From assembly GCA_964234715.1 (NCBI GenBank), contig OZ174279.1: a stretch of 64,000 nucleotides of DNA. The stretch is one strand, 5' to 3'. This document shows positions 24,426-37,281 of this stretch, one piece after another. Source of the stretch: Podarcis melisellensis (lineage: Eukaryota). Numbering within the stretch: position 1 is the stretch's first letter; each line of letters starts with the position of its first letter. A model generated the notes under the pieces. The model was not told where the DNA came from. It saw nothing but the letters and a program-made list of their open reading frames with translations, and made no database searches. A program made the position numbers and the translations under genes.

Positions 24426-26204
24426 GTAAGCTGGCAGAAAGAGGTGGAATCAATTTCCCCTCCTTAAGATGGGGAAAACAAACAGATGTGGAGAGCGATG
24501 AAGGAAGCAAATGTGCCTCTTGATTACCTTTGCTCAAGTGCAGGTTGAATGATCCCATTTAATGTTGTCTTCCAGCATATCTAGCTTAATTCACTGCCTC
24601 GCTTCTATTTAAGTGCTTTGTTTGCCTGATATGGTTTCCGCATAGGGATGTTTGGAGGTGATCCAGAAAATTCCTGCCGTCAGTAACAAACTGTAATTAG
24701 CTTTGGTAGCGATTGTATGAAATCTTTTATTTCTAGGCAGTTTCCTGCACCATTGTTGGAGCTCCCACATTCACATTCTGCTTTTTATATTACTGCTCCA
24801 TTAATTGGCCCGGCTCTTGGGATTTTTTAGCTACTGCTTGTAAGCATCAGTCGTCGGACATATATTATTAAAAATGTGTTTGGAAGATAGTACAAGAGGG
24901 AGAAAAGATTTAACAGCACCCGTTCCCTGGTGCACTATGTAAGCTTGGGTGTATTAGGGTTAACCATGCAGCATTTCATGTGCAGAGTACTGCCATAAGA
25001 TTATGATGAAAGTGTAGGTAGGATCTAAGCATTGTAGAAGCCCTGATAGTCTTTAACCAGATATACACAGTGCATTTAACCCAATTAGCTCATAATTAAG
25101 AGGGACATATAAATTTGTGCTAAACTTACTTAACATGAGAGTATCTTTGTGTTGTGATCACTGGGACAATAAATGCAGCTCGTGTTTTGCAGTTCTCTTT
25201 ACTCATAACTTTATGCTTCTCAAAATATTAGTGTCAGTTACTGGTTCTCTGTGTGTCTGCATGATCTCTGCCTTATGAAATACACACTGAACAGTTTGAC
25301 AAAATGGGGTTGTTGTTTTTTGCTGGATAACAACAGGTATAGCATTCGAGGGGGGGTTGCCTCTGCCCTGTAAAACAACGTAACATTGACTGAGTTAAGG
25401 GACCATTCACATAGATAAACATAGACATATATCTGCAGATCAGGCTTTGCCAACCTAGTGCCCTCCCAGATGCTTTTGACCGAAATTCCCATCAGCCCCA
25501 GCCATGTGGAGGGCACCAGGTGGACAAAGGCTGCTGTAGGTAGTATTTTGATAAACTCAGCTGTCTTTTCTTTGAATAGGGCAGGTTTTGTTTCTTTACA
25601 ATTCAGTGTGTTTTGGTTTTGTTTCTTACATTTCTACCGCAGTCTTTGGCTCTGAAGGGTCCCCAGAGCAGCCCACGAAAGTATAATAGAAGAATAAAAC
25701 TAACTAAGGTCATTTTATAATGCTAGTCGAAAACAGTATTAAGAAATTATTTTAACAACAGCCTTGAAAGTATCTGTTCCACACAGCTAAAATACCTTCT
25801 GGAAGAAAACCAGGTTTAATTAATTTTTGAAAGGCCTAATCCTGATCAGCTGCCTTAGTAATTGGTCCTGTAAGGAGTGTGCCACCATGAAGAAGGCCCT
25901 GCTCTTTTGTCAGATTTCTTAATCCCAATAACATACACACACCCCTGAGAGCCCTCAGGACCCCATAGTGGTACCTTAACTTCAGATTTTGCCTGGTGGC
26001 TCCTCAACTCCAGTGAGTGGAAAGGACCCTTCTCATCACAGAGTCACTTTTGTAACATGCAGCACTTGTACATTCCCTCTGATATATCTGGCTTGCAACT
26101 GAGGCTGTAATCTCAGGCTTCCCCCAGTCCCTGTTTGTCTCACCCAGCTGTTCCCTTCACAGCTGCCGTACTCTGCTTCCCTAAGTTTTGCTCTCTCAAG
26201 GAAA

Positions 26205-26395
26205 GTCAGTGTGATATAGTGGCTTGTGTGTCAGACCAGGATCAGGGAGACAGATTCAAATCCCCACTCAGCTGTGAAGCTCTCTAGGTCACCTTGGTCC
26301 AGTCACTTCCCAGAGCTGTTATGGGGCATTATATGGTTATGGGGAAAGAGAACCACATACCACCTTGAGCTCCCTGGAAGAAAGGAAGGATGTAA
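26205..26395 (+). mobile_element. Old CORE/MIR-like SINE
   Basis: TGTGATATAGTGG A box, GATTCAAATCCC B box, GTCACCTTGGTCCAGTCAC core. Confidence 0.6.
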
Positions 26396-27363
26396 CTGTG
26401 ATGAATGAAATGAGTGTAGGCTGAGGTGCTTATACTCAAGTTGTAATTTAAAATATTGTTGGCATAAGAAAAGAAAGAAAGAATGCAAGTTCTTCCTTAA
26501 AGAAAAACAGATTATTATAATCATAATTAGAATGATTTAACACAAGATTTGAACTCAAAACAGACTGGCACCCAGAGCTTCTATACATACTAATTTTCCT
26601 GCCTCTTGTGTCTACAGGGTAACATGTGGCCCAGATTACCTGTTAATTACAGCAAATAATGTTTCCTCTATTGGGATTATTTAAATATAATCACACTTTC
26701 CCTCTGGACTCCTCTTCATGCTACAGTGAGAGTTTTCAGAGTAATTAAAGGATTCTTTCTGCGACTATCATTTGCACCACCTGTGATTTTTCTTTGAATA
26801 TCTTTCTGATATCAAAGGCTACCTTCAATAGGCACTTGTCATGAACTGAGTATGACACTTGTCACCTTCTTTGTTTATTTGCTAATCCACTAGAATTCTT
26901 ATCTGGCTACTCAGGATAATTAAGCATTTGAATCTTCTGTGAATCCCAAGCCATTTCTATAATAGGGTGCGCCATTTATTTATTTTCAGAGCTAGGAATT
27001 GCCAAATTGATTCCGGAATCAAGTAAAATGAAATACTCATCAACCCCAAACCCGGAAGAGATGATTTATGCATCTACTGTGAGACAGCGCAAGGACTGAA
27101 ACTGATGTAATAATAGTATATACCCAAAACGGGCGTGAAAGCTGTGTCTTCCAGATAACAAGATTTCAGAGGCAATTAGAAGAGGTCCCCAAAAGACTGC
27201 TGTTAAAATAAAGAAAAGGAATAGTCTTAAGCAAGTCTGCAGCTTATTTCAGAACTGGTTGACTTTTTTAGTCTTGACCTTAAAGTTGCTTTTGAAATAA
27301 TATCTGCTTTCATTTTTAATTTTTAACATTATTTTATATGTTAAAATCCCTGTACATTTGGAT

Positions 27364-27390
27364 ACACACACACACACACACACACACACA
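27364..27390. repeat. (CA)n microsatellite
   Basis: Seen directly. Confidence 0.95.
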
Positions 27391-30300
27391 AACCATGATA
27401 GCTTTGCCAGCTATCTGGATTTTATTATTAGATCAAGTGTGAATTTCTCCATGAGAGATAAAATCCATGTCGAATCTTTCAAGCTTTAACCACTGCCATG
27501 TTGGCATTTAACATTTCAGGAAATGTTTCATCTGTCGTGCGCTGAGCGTATGGAGCTGACATATTTTCTCACGTCAAAATATCATAATTAGCACATTTAG
27601 ATGAGATTATGGAAGGGAAGGCCTTTAATTAACAGAAACGTCTTGGTGATCGAATGTGTGGAAGTTTCAGACAAAGAATGTGATCCAGAGCCCCCAATGC
27701 AATGGCTTCTTGTTCCCTTTTGCAAAGGGAAATTGCACCACAAAGCAGGATTCTCCCCCTCGCACAAGGAGTACTCTGCTGCTCACAAATGTGAACAGGA
27801 AGCCTGGGGTGTCCATGGAATGCCACATATGAATCAGGACTGCTAGATTGTGGTCAAAATCTTCATTGGTGCTTTTAATGTAGCCGATGTTTTGCTGCTG
27901 GTCATTGATGCACATTGGGGGAAGGGAATGAATCCTGGTCATTTCAAGTTGGACAGATCCGTCAGGGACTTTCATTTCACACCTGGTTTATGTATGTGAA
28001 CCTTTAAAAGGCAGAAACCGAAGAATGGTCAGGGCAAATTAGGGGTTGGAATTATAGGAGCGTGCAATTAATTGTGCATTTGTGTTCTTCTGTAACTCTA
28101 GTACAGAACTGAAGCAACACAAGCAATTTACCAAATGTTTCTAGGGAGAGCATGAAACAGTACAGCATCTGGATTTCCCAAACATGTGTTTCAAAGTGAC
28201 AAATAGTGTCATGAATGGTGACGAAAGTATTCGGAAATGAATACAGTAATAATAAATTTGGTCTGCTTATGGATGCCAGCCATAATTCTGTGTATCTGCA
28301 GTTTAAGGGTGTCTTCCTGCCATTAATATGACCGCCTGTAGATCCAGTATGGAATTGATTCTGTAATGCAAAGAACCCCATAGTGTTTAGAGAGTGATAT
28401 GCTTAACTCTGTTCGCTTGCAGGAGAATATGCAAGCTTACTTTTTGCAATGGAGACCACAGTTCAAACCTCACTGCTGCTCTAAACTTAAAACAAGTCAT
28501 TCCCATTGATTTCAGGGAAATGTGCTTCCAAACAATGGCTGGAAACTGTTGAGGCCCATTATTTATTTATAAGGGCTTATATACAATGGGACTTCCTCTC
28601 CCAGGTTTTAGCTGCTTGTTTTAGAATTAGGCTGTGAAATTCAAAGTGGGATGGAGCAAGACAGTCTCTGCTGAACAGCTGAAAAGTCGTAGGGTGATGG
28701 TGTGGTTTCAGGGTTTTTCAGCAGTAGAGCTGTAGGAGAAATGGTTAGCTCTTCACCTTTGCAACCCATCATTTCCCATGTATCAGCTTTGCCTTCACTG
28801 TGGCAAACAAGCATCTAGAAACCGTACTTGAGGGGCAAGAAGCTGGGCATTGTAGAGAGGAAATGGCGGACAAGGTAATGTTTAAGAACCCTTCCCGTGC
28901 TTGTCCTCACCCCATTGCCTTGAAGCTTGTTTGGTAGTAGCTGGGCTTCCTAGATCCATGTTTACCAACAAACATGACTACCCTCTTCAGGCATTCTTAA
29001 TATGGCTGAAATGAACATGTGGAGGAAGATGGCTTTTGAAGCAGAGCTAGTGCCCTCCTCCACGTTCTTTCCTCCTCTTTTAATCATGTCCCATGATGAA
29101 CATCTGAACAGGACTCATTTTCATCCAGATTTGAGTCCTGCTGCCAAACATGTAATTTTGCTAAACAAACTCCTTGTGCTTTCAGCTGTCCCACTGCGTA
29201 CTTCATCCTTAACATTGTGCCCTTTTAAGTGTTTCATTGAAGTTCCTAATAGTAGTTACACTGGTAGTTCTCCAGTGGGCAGAATGTAGATCAAGATCTA
29301 CTGTTAGGTAGATCTGTGTGATTTTTGTGGTAGTTCAGTGAGGATTCTGACTACTGATTGCAAACACAAGAATACTTTTTCACCCCTCTTTTAAATTATT
29401 CCCTGAGACGAAGAAAACTTTGAGATAGGAGAAAACTAGGCGTGGATTTTTGTGTGGCAGGACTGTTAGCTGGACTGAGAGGGTCCTGTGAGGCACACTG
29501 TTTCCAAGAGTGATTCGCTTGGTGATGGCAGTGCAGCAACAATAACCTCCCAGCAGCAGTGTCTCTGCCACTTACTGGAAGGAGAACGGTTGAGGCAGCA
29601 GTGAGATTAGGGTTGTGTGGGTCAACGGCAGAGCCAAACCGGTGTGTCCACACAGCCCTGACCCTGCCACTGCTCCCCCTCCCCTTCTTGGTAACCAGAA
29701 TATGATGTTATCTGGGGCAGTTGCTGCAGCTCTGACCTGCAGCTCAGGCAAGTAATTCCTGACTGTTTTTGAGCTCCTATTTTGCACCTTGTTCTAGTTG
29801 GTAGACTTCGGTTGGCTGAGAAGTAGCTCTCACAACTATGAAGTCCATCTGCCACTGTTCTAAGGTGTTCCTGCTTCCAAAGATATATGCTTGAGAACAA
29901 AATATATGTACAGTCTATCTTAATTGGCACGTCCTCATTTAAATGACGGTCATAGTGAAATATAAAGAAGTTGTGGTTGGTACATATTGTTAAGTAACAA
30001 GTGGCTCTAAGCTTGGCACAATCACTCTGTTTCCATGCATCAGTCAGATATTTCCTTCCCACACCTCTCCTCCCACTGCTGAATGTGTGGGTCTTATGGC
30101 ACGCCATGCATTGGATTAGATATATAGCACCTATTAAAAACATTGCTTTGAAAGGACATGAAAGCCCATGCCTTACATAATAATTAAGGGCAGCCAGGCT
30201 GTTCTGTGGTCCTTTGCCATGTTAGAGTGTTCACAGCCTATCACTTCAGTCATTTTCATGTCAAGAGAGAAATAATAATGGGACCACAATTCCTAGATAA

Positions 30301-30739
30301 AAGCCCCATAGTTTATAGAAGTGACATAATTTGAATGCATCAGCTTGTGAATATGATTTTCCGTTTGGGCGTACAGAACAGAAAGTTCAATCAAGTATAC
30401 ATCATTGTTAATTTAATGGTTTAAGAGAGGGGAAGAGCACTCTGGGCAAATAAAATCTAAGTGTTTGGCCATTTCAGAGAAGAAGAAAGCAGGGGACGAA
30501 GACAAGATATCTAACATAAGGCCTACACGATGAACGACTTGGATAATCCTTGTTTGTGCCATTGGGCTCTGATTGATATGCAGGCAAAGATCAATACTCA
30601 GCATGTTTTGAGTTGTATCTGCCAATTTTGATTTTTGTGCTCATTAGGAAAGCATCAGCTGGCAAGCCCCTAGGCTTTTGTTATTGTCTCAAAGAGTACT
30701 TCCACCACCATAACAAGCACACTTTTCAATTTATTGCAG

Positions 30740-30801
30740 ATCTGGAGTATGGCAATTCCTACGAAATAGAATATATGGAGAAGATTGGTTCCTCCATACC
30801 T
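30740..30801 (+). CDS. TACC2: TACC2 exon (DLEYGNSYEIEYMEKIGSSIP)
   Basis: ttgcag| acceptor and CCT|gtaagt donor; EIEYMEKIGSS motif. Confidence 0.95.
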
Positions 30802-31051
30802 GTAAGTTTCCACTTGTGGATTTCTTATTTGAGCTCCTAGATGAACACAGTCACCCCAGTCTCATGGATCATGTAAATTCAAGGAAACTGAACAACTTGA
30901 GTTTTATTTCTTAATTATTTTGAGGCATCACTGAAAATTGGGAGAGAAATTTTAGCACTTCATCACTTTTCATTTGGGGTATGGAGGTGGCTGAAAGCTT
31001 CGGTTTATAGAAGATGCACTGTAATTTTTCTCTCTCTCTTCTTTCTGACAG

Positions 31052-31167
31052 CAGGATGATGACGCTCAGACAAAGCAATCTTTGTACCTTATGTTTGATG
31101 CACAGCAGGAGAGTCCAGTCAAGTCTCCTCCAGTCCGATTATCAGACTCTACAACTCCTTGTTCTGG
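31052..31167 (+). CDS. TACC2: TACC2 exon (QDDDAQTKQSLYLMFD...TPCSG), NAGNAG acceptor
   Basis: CAGCAG tandem acceptor (31052 or 31055) and GG|gtactt donor; SLYLMFD motif. Confidence 0.93.
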
Positions 31168-31254
31168 GTACTTCACTGCATTTTCAAAAAGAATACTTAC
31201 TTGTAGTAATCATCACAACTAGAACTAGGCCTTCTTATGGACATTATGGTGCAC

Positions 31255-31390
31255 ACAGTAGCCAACCTGTGGGTCCCCAGATGTTGTTGGACTACAACTC
31301 CCACCATCCCTGAGCGCTGGCCTTGCTAGCTAGGAGTGATGGGAGCTGTAGTTCAACAACATCTGGGGACCCACAGGTTGAGAAAGGCTG
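31255..31390. mobile_element. Diverged copy of the palindromic hAT-type MITE (other copies near 19545-19655, 25440-25535, 34420-34555, 46408-46545, 49455-49570, 51690-51815)
   Basis: Shares the GGACTACAACTCCCA...TGATGGGAGCTGTAGT inverted core with 5899..6034. Confidence 0.75.
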
Positions 31391-31428
31391 GATTAGATGA
31401 ATTAATAAAGGATAAGGTTATAAAAGGC

Positions 31429-31601
31429 NNNNNNNNNNNNNNNNNNNNNNNNNNNNNNNNNNNNNNNNNNNNNNNNNNNNNNNNNNNNNNNNNNNNNNNN
31501 NNNNNNNNNNNNNNNNNNNNNNNNNNNNNNNNNNNNNNNNNNNNNNNNNNNNNNNNNNNNNNNNNNNNNNNNNNNNNNNNNNNNNNNNNNNNNNNNNNNN
31601 N
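31429..31601. other. Assembly gap (173 N)
   Basis: Run of N within a TACC2 intron. Confidence 1.
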
Positions 31602-32164
31602 ATCTGACTGGGTTGCCCCAGCCACCAAACAAAAGTTAAAACACAGTATTAAAACAAGAATAGCATAAGATCCTAAAATGCTCATCCATATTACATATAA
31701 AAGGGCAGATCCATCTCAAACCACCCCACTAAAAATATGAGTAGATTTGACTGTGTCTTCTATATCATTGTTTTCTGGATTCTTTTCACCTGCCCCAAGG
31801 CCAGCTATGATGAAAGGCAGGATATAATTTTTTTATAAAGAAATAAATATAGTTCTGTGCCGGTGTTACAGTTCCCCATATATTTGCTGGGATCATATTC
31901 CTGACCTGTGTGGTTCGCTAGTCATCCATCAGTGTCATGTGGAACCAGACCATGTAGCAGTGACAACCACCCTACGCAAGTAATTGTTTCATTGTATGTG
32001 ATGTTTACTATTATTAATAAGAATTAATAATTATTATTAAGAACTTTCGGATTAAAATGTGATTTAATGCAAAAGTATAGGCTGTGAGATAGGCATAACT
32101 CTCCATCGCTCTATGTATTGGTTTTGCTAGCAAACTGAAAGCATGGTTCTTTATTGTATCTCAG

Positions 32165-32321
32165 GTCAAGCTTGGAAGAAACTGAAGCCCAGTTGTCCTC
32201 TGGAGTGAAATTACAACATCCAGCTTCACGATCACTGGCTGTGAGCCAAGAGACATCAATACAGCCACCTGACAAATCAAAAACAAAAGAACTGGAGCCC
32301 ACTTCAAACAACCTTGACATA
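32165..32321 (+). CDS. TACC2: TACC2 exon (SSLEETEAQL...NNLDI)
   Basis: tctcag| acceptor and ATA|gtaagt donor; phase 2-0 fits. Confidence 0.92.
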
Positions 32322-32686
32322 GTAAGTTGGTTGATTGTATGCCCTCTAGATTGGGCAAAGTAGCTTGAGTGCAGATCCAAGTAGGCCATCGCTTTTAAAA
32401 TATAAAAGGGTTTAATTGCTTAAGATAAATTAACTTTTATTGTTTCTTTCTCTGCAAGAACTCACAGCAAATCTTCAGCTTTTTGCTATAAACTCTTTCT
32501 CATTCATGCTCTCTTTTTGGGGCAAATGCAGGCAGTTGTAATATGGTGGAAGGAAAGCATTATTTACTACAGATTTTGTTGGTAGTTCCCTAGAGATTAA
32601 ACATATATGAAGGCTCGTGCATGACTTTAACCATGAGTGGTTCTGCCAGTTTTTGTTACTTGTTCTGTATCCTGCTTGCTCTTCAG

Positions 32687-32827
32687 ACCACACCCGAGGA
32701 CCCCTTTGTCTCTGCTGATGCCCTTCTCAGTAGGATATCTCATCCACCTTCAGTGTGTGATCAGCTTCAATATCTAGAGCCTGACTTAGCAGAAAAGAAC
32801 CCCCCAATATTTGCTCAGAAACTTCAG
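32687..32827 (+). CDS. TACC2: TACC2 exon (TTPEDPFVSADALLSR...YLEPDLAEKNPPIFAQKLQ)
   Basis: cttcag| acceptor and CAG|gtttgt donor; YLEPDLAEKNPP-FAQKLQ motif. Confidence 0.94.
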
Positions 32828-33305
32828 GTTTGTAATGGAAGTCTGTCAGTGTTCCTTCAGTGTTTGTAAATGCCAGCAAAAGGCTAATGCCCCTGTCTGA
32901 AAAGGGACGTGCAGCATAAACCTTCTGCAAGCCTACGAGGAGAAGTTGTGCTATGCTAATATATATTTTTGTTGATATTATTTTAACCATTCATGTGAGG
33001 GATGGGCAAAAATAAAATGAAAGTCCGCACAAGAAATTTGGTCACATGCTAGTGTGGGTGGAATGGCATGCAGGGGTTTGGCTCTTACTTTAAAATCATT
33101 ATCAGGTGTTTGAATGGTGTATACTACTGCTTTTAACTATTCCCCCCCTGTAGCTTTGTGCCAGGTTCACAGTTGTCTTATCAATCTTCCAGCATCTTAT
33201 ACTTCCTGTTTGGATGGCATTACATCACGACAATTTTCAGGGGTTTCTCCACAAAGTGTGACTGACCAGAAGACTGTTTGCAGAACAATGAAGCATTCCT
33301 CTGGA

Positions 33306-33306
<1 letters not shown>

Positions 33307-33369
<63 letters not shown>

Positions 33370-33430
33370 TTATATTAATTAGAGAGCAGTGGGATATTGT
33401 TATTGTTATTAATAATAATAATAATAATAA
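33307..33430. repeat. (TAT)n microsatellite followed by (AAT)n
   Basis: Seen directly; it produces the poly-Tyr and poly-Asn in spurious ORF 33114..33443. Confidence 0.95.
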
Positions 33431-34939
33431 AGGACACGTCTAACTTTTAAAAAAGAAATCAGTCCTCCAGAACACTTCAGTGCTCTGAAGGCAGCATTCT
33501 GGCCAGCCACACTTCATTTAAAGTCCCCTGGAGATAATCCTGATGTAGCATTCTCTGAACAGACATTCCAAGAAGTCAGGAGACTGATAAACTACCCAAG
33601 AATCCTGCACCAAGCTACTGTACAATAATAAAATAAATGATTAAGAGTGAGAACACAATATTCAGCAACCTCATGATGATTTTAATGTTAAGATCCAGAA
33701 GCAAATCCTCACACGCCCTTCAAGTTTCATTAAAGTATTCACACATACACAAGTGGTGGGGGGGGCAGTTTTGCAGGAGGCAAATGGTTTCACAAAGTGG
33801 TGTTGAGGATTCAGTTGTCTGAAACTGACTTTGAACCAGTCATGTCCCTGATGATAAAAATAATATCCTCCAGACCAATTTACAGTCTATAACACACCCA
33901 CACACCTGTATACACCCCTCTTTTAGAGCCCAGTGTGTGAACTGGGTATAGCAATTGGTTGTCGAACTCTGACTCCTGGAACTGTTCCTTTGAATTTGTA
34001 CTGCAAACATGCGGAATTGCAGTGCAAATTAAAATGTCAGTTCTACAAATGCACTTAGCTTTGGGCTTAAATGCATACTTTCTTAATGAAGATCAAGATA
34101 AAGCAAGGCAGAATTAAGTACTCATTTATTACGGCCAGTAGAAAGGATCGCACACAGGAACAAGAACTGCCTCAGTGGCTCACCTCTTGTCAGTCTTGTG
34201 AGGGTGATTCTCTAAGGCTGGAATCCTGGGCACACTTCCTTAGGAGTAAGTCACTGAGCTCAGTGGGACTTGCTTCTAAGTAAATCTTTGTATGGGTGAA
34301 ACTATTGCGAAACTATTTGTACTGCACAGCTAGAGAAGTAGCACATGCCACATTATCAAGCATGTAAACCTTTTAGCAATATTTTCTAATAAGTAAATTG
34401 GAGTGAGTGGTCTTAAGGCAGCCTTCACCAGCCTTGTGCTCATCGGATGATTTGGACTACAGCTTCCATCAGCCCTAGTCAGCATAGCCAATGGTCAGGT
34501 ATGATGTACGTTGTGGTCCAAAATATCTGGAAAGCACCAGGTTGCAGAAGTTTGGTTCAATATGTATGATAATTTTTATCATTCAGTTCTGGTTTATTTT
34601 TCAAGTAACTGAAAGCAATTGAATTATGAATGGTGGAAGGAGAAAGCAACATATAACTAATGTCCAAAGAGAAATACAAAATAGATTAAAACAAATAATT
34701 TTGTTTCTTTAAGTAATTTTTAATGTTCCTTAACCAGAAAGCATTTTTTTGGCCCTAGAAGTACTTGTTCACGTACTGCTTATGTTTCATTTGAACCCTG
34801 AGTTAATGTCTATGTTGTCCCCAAATGGTGATTGTAACAGACTGATATATGGCATTCATTTTGCGAATGTGGACATTCATTTATGTCATGTTCTTAATGC
34901 ATTTTCCCCGTGCATCGCTCACAACCATCCCACTGACAG

Positions 34940-35029
34940 GAGGAGTTAGAGTTTGCTGCAATGAGGATAGAAGCCCTGAAGCTAGCCAGACAAATTACCC
35001 TGGCTTCTTTCAGCTCCTCAGATACGGAG
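34940..35029 (+). CDS. TACC2: TACC2 90-nt cassette exon (EELEFAAMRIEALKLARQITLASFSSSDTE)
   Basis: tgacag| acceptor and GAG|gtatct donor; phase 0-0. Matches the EELEFA-MRIEALKLARQI segment of TACC2. Confidence 0.9.
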
Positions 35030-37145
35030 GTATCTGTGACCTGCCTGCAGTTTGTGTGCAACTGATCACAGCTTAAGGAACCCAAATGCGTTTTCTTTTA
35101 ACAAAAGTTTCTCTGAGTGGTGTTGCGTGATGTTTCTGGCACCTTCGTACTTAGGAGGACATCAAGAAGCATGCCGAGAGTCTTCCTCTAATCCCAAATT
35201 CTATCACCTTCACTTGCAGATATGTTTTAAAAATCACTATCATGTGTATTTGGCTACAGATGCAACTTTGGCCATCAGTCTGCTTTGGTTTTCACAGATT
35301 AATGGATTGCTTGGTCACTTAACTATTATAGTATCATGGCACAGTTTACAGTTTGGAGGCTTTAATCAAAACAGTAAATTCAATTAAAATACACCTAATG
35401 GACCAATATCCCACAATTTGGTGAAAGTCAGCTTTCACGTGGAAATCTTGAAAATTGCAGACAAATGCTGTGAAAGTCCAGAACTTGGATATATTGATGA
35501 ATGTTCACAATTAACTTGCACTGTGTGATAGCACTCACTTCTGTGTGTCCAAAAGTGGGGAAACGTGTAGCTCTTTTTTTAATCAACCACAAAATTTACC
35601 TGGCATTGTTAGCATTCATTTGTGTAGGCCACGATTCACCAAATTTTCGGCATTCACTATAGAATTTTATTGTTTGAAAATGTCCTGCAAGTGTGACACC
35701 TAATTTAAGCATCCGTGTCCAGGAGTGTATTTCTTAAAATGGGAGACACCTTTAATTAAATTCTAATTTAAAATTTAATTGTCTATATCCGTGAATGAAT
35801 AGCATTAGTAATAGCCAGGCACAATATCTGTACTCGAAGTGAGCCCTGAGGCTTGTTTTATAGAAGCAGGATTTTGTCTAAATTACCTATACATAAAACT
35901 CCAAGGGCTGATGTTTAGTTAGCTATAAACTGCATGGGGGAGCATTTTTGCTGTTTGAGGAGTGATTTTAAACATCTTAACCCGTTTTGCCTTACGTGTT
36001 TGAAGGTTAAAAGTTCAGCCAAACCACATCTCAACCTTCTAAGCAACAGGACTAAAAATAAAATGGGGTGGGGTAGGGGGAGGAGAATTGACAGTTTCTA
36101 AGCAAGGGGAGAAAGCCTCCCTACACACAAATCTTCTTTATTCTTTGCGATCTAAAGTGTTTCCTTCCTGATAACGCCTACAGCATGCTGGCTGTTGCCA
36201 TGTTGGTGTGGGGTTGCTTCTGTGATGCATGTGGTCTCGACTAGAGTGAAATGTTAGCTCTTAAGGAGTGTGTTTGATGTGCACAGCTGCTCTGCAGGGT
36301 CCCTTGCGGTGGTGGTAATGCAAAGGTCACAGCTCATGGGGTTTGACTGGAGCGGGGTACGTGTGTGGTTTCAGTCCCTTTTTTTATTTACTGCCATGGC
36401 ATTTAGCTGATATTTGCCCTAAAGGAAACATATATTTGCAAATTTTGAGCATATTGTATGCATGTGCTTTTGGAACTCATTTTTGTTTTGTAGCACACAT
36501 ACACCACATGTACACAACCGGGCAGGGCAGCTGTGGAGCCAATCCCAAGGTGATTTTAGCCATCTTAAATACCCTTGCACCATAGCACTATAACTGCACT
36601 TGGTGTGGATTAGACGGGCAAGCTGATTTGCAAATGCAAAGTTTATCCCCCCCCAACCCATTTTTATGAATTGCTCAGCCTAATTACATAACCTGAAGCT
36701 CAGCTGCTGATTCAGTGGGCACAATGAGTGTAATCCCCTTCTTATTAAAACCAATGAAAAATTTTCCATCAGTTTATGGTGCGGCTGGGTCAATTTATTT
36801 TGCAGAACGCTACGAACAGGGTTTTAAAAATTACTTTACTTAGGGAAATTTGTGTATGTATAAATAAGTGCATGGGAACTGAACCCATATTATTTTAAAA
36901 GACTACTAATTCTGCATGTTAAGTTCCATTTGAACAAAATTGTAAGTCAGCCGTTTTGTGGTTAGAAAAAGGGGAGCAAAGTAGATAAGTCAAAAAGCTT
37001 GAAAGGACAGTTTGAAGTGAAAGTGGTAAAACTTTCTGATTGTTCTTGAACTCTGAAGACATTGGGAATGTTTTATTCTCTTTGAGGGAAAGGTGGCAGC
37101 AGAGGAACTGATAAATAGTCATTTAGATCATTCAAATAGATAGAT

Positions 37146-37281
37146 AGAGTGCTTTTTCGGGGGGGCGCAGGGGGACGCATACCCTTAAACATTTTGTGAA
37201 TCTAAGTTTGGCCTCATTGAGTAGGAATACGAGTAGGAAAATGAGAGTACCTCTAAACTTTTTTTTTAGAAAAAAAGCACT
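37146..37281. mobile_element. Short DNA-transposon MITE (AGTGCTTTTT...AAAAAAGCACTG); related copies near 57148-57215 and 63515-63660
   Basis: Inverted terminal motifs that recur in the window. Confidence 0.6.

Noticed and set aside
31336-31685. ORFs containing X runs
   Set aside because: Artefacts of the N gap.
33114-33443. ORF with poly-Tyr and poly-Asn
   Set aside because: Translation of the (TAT)n and (AAT)n microsatellites.
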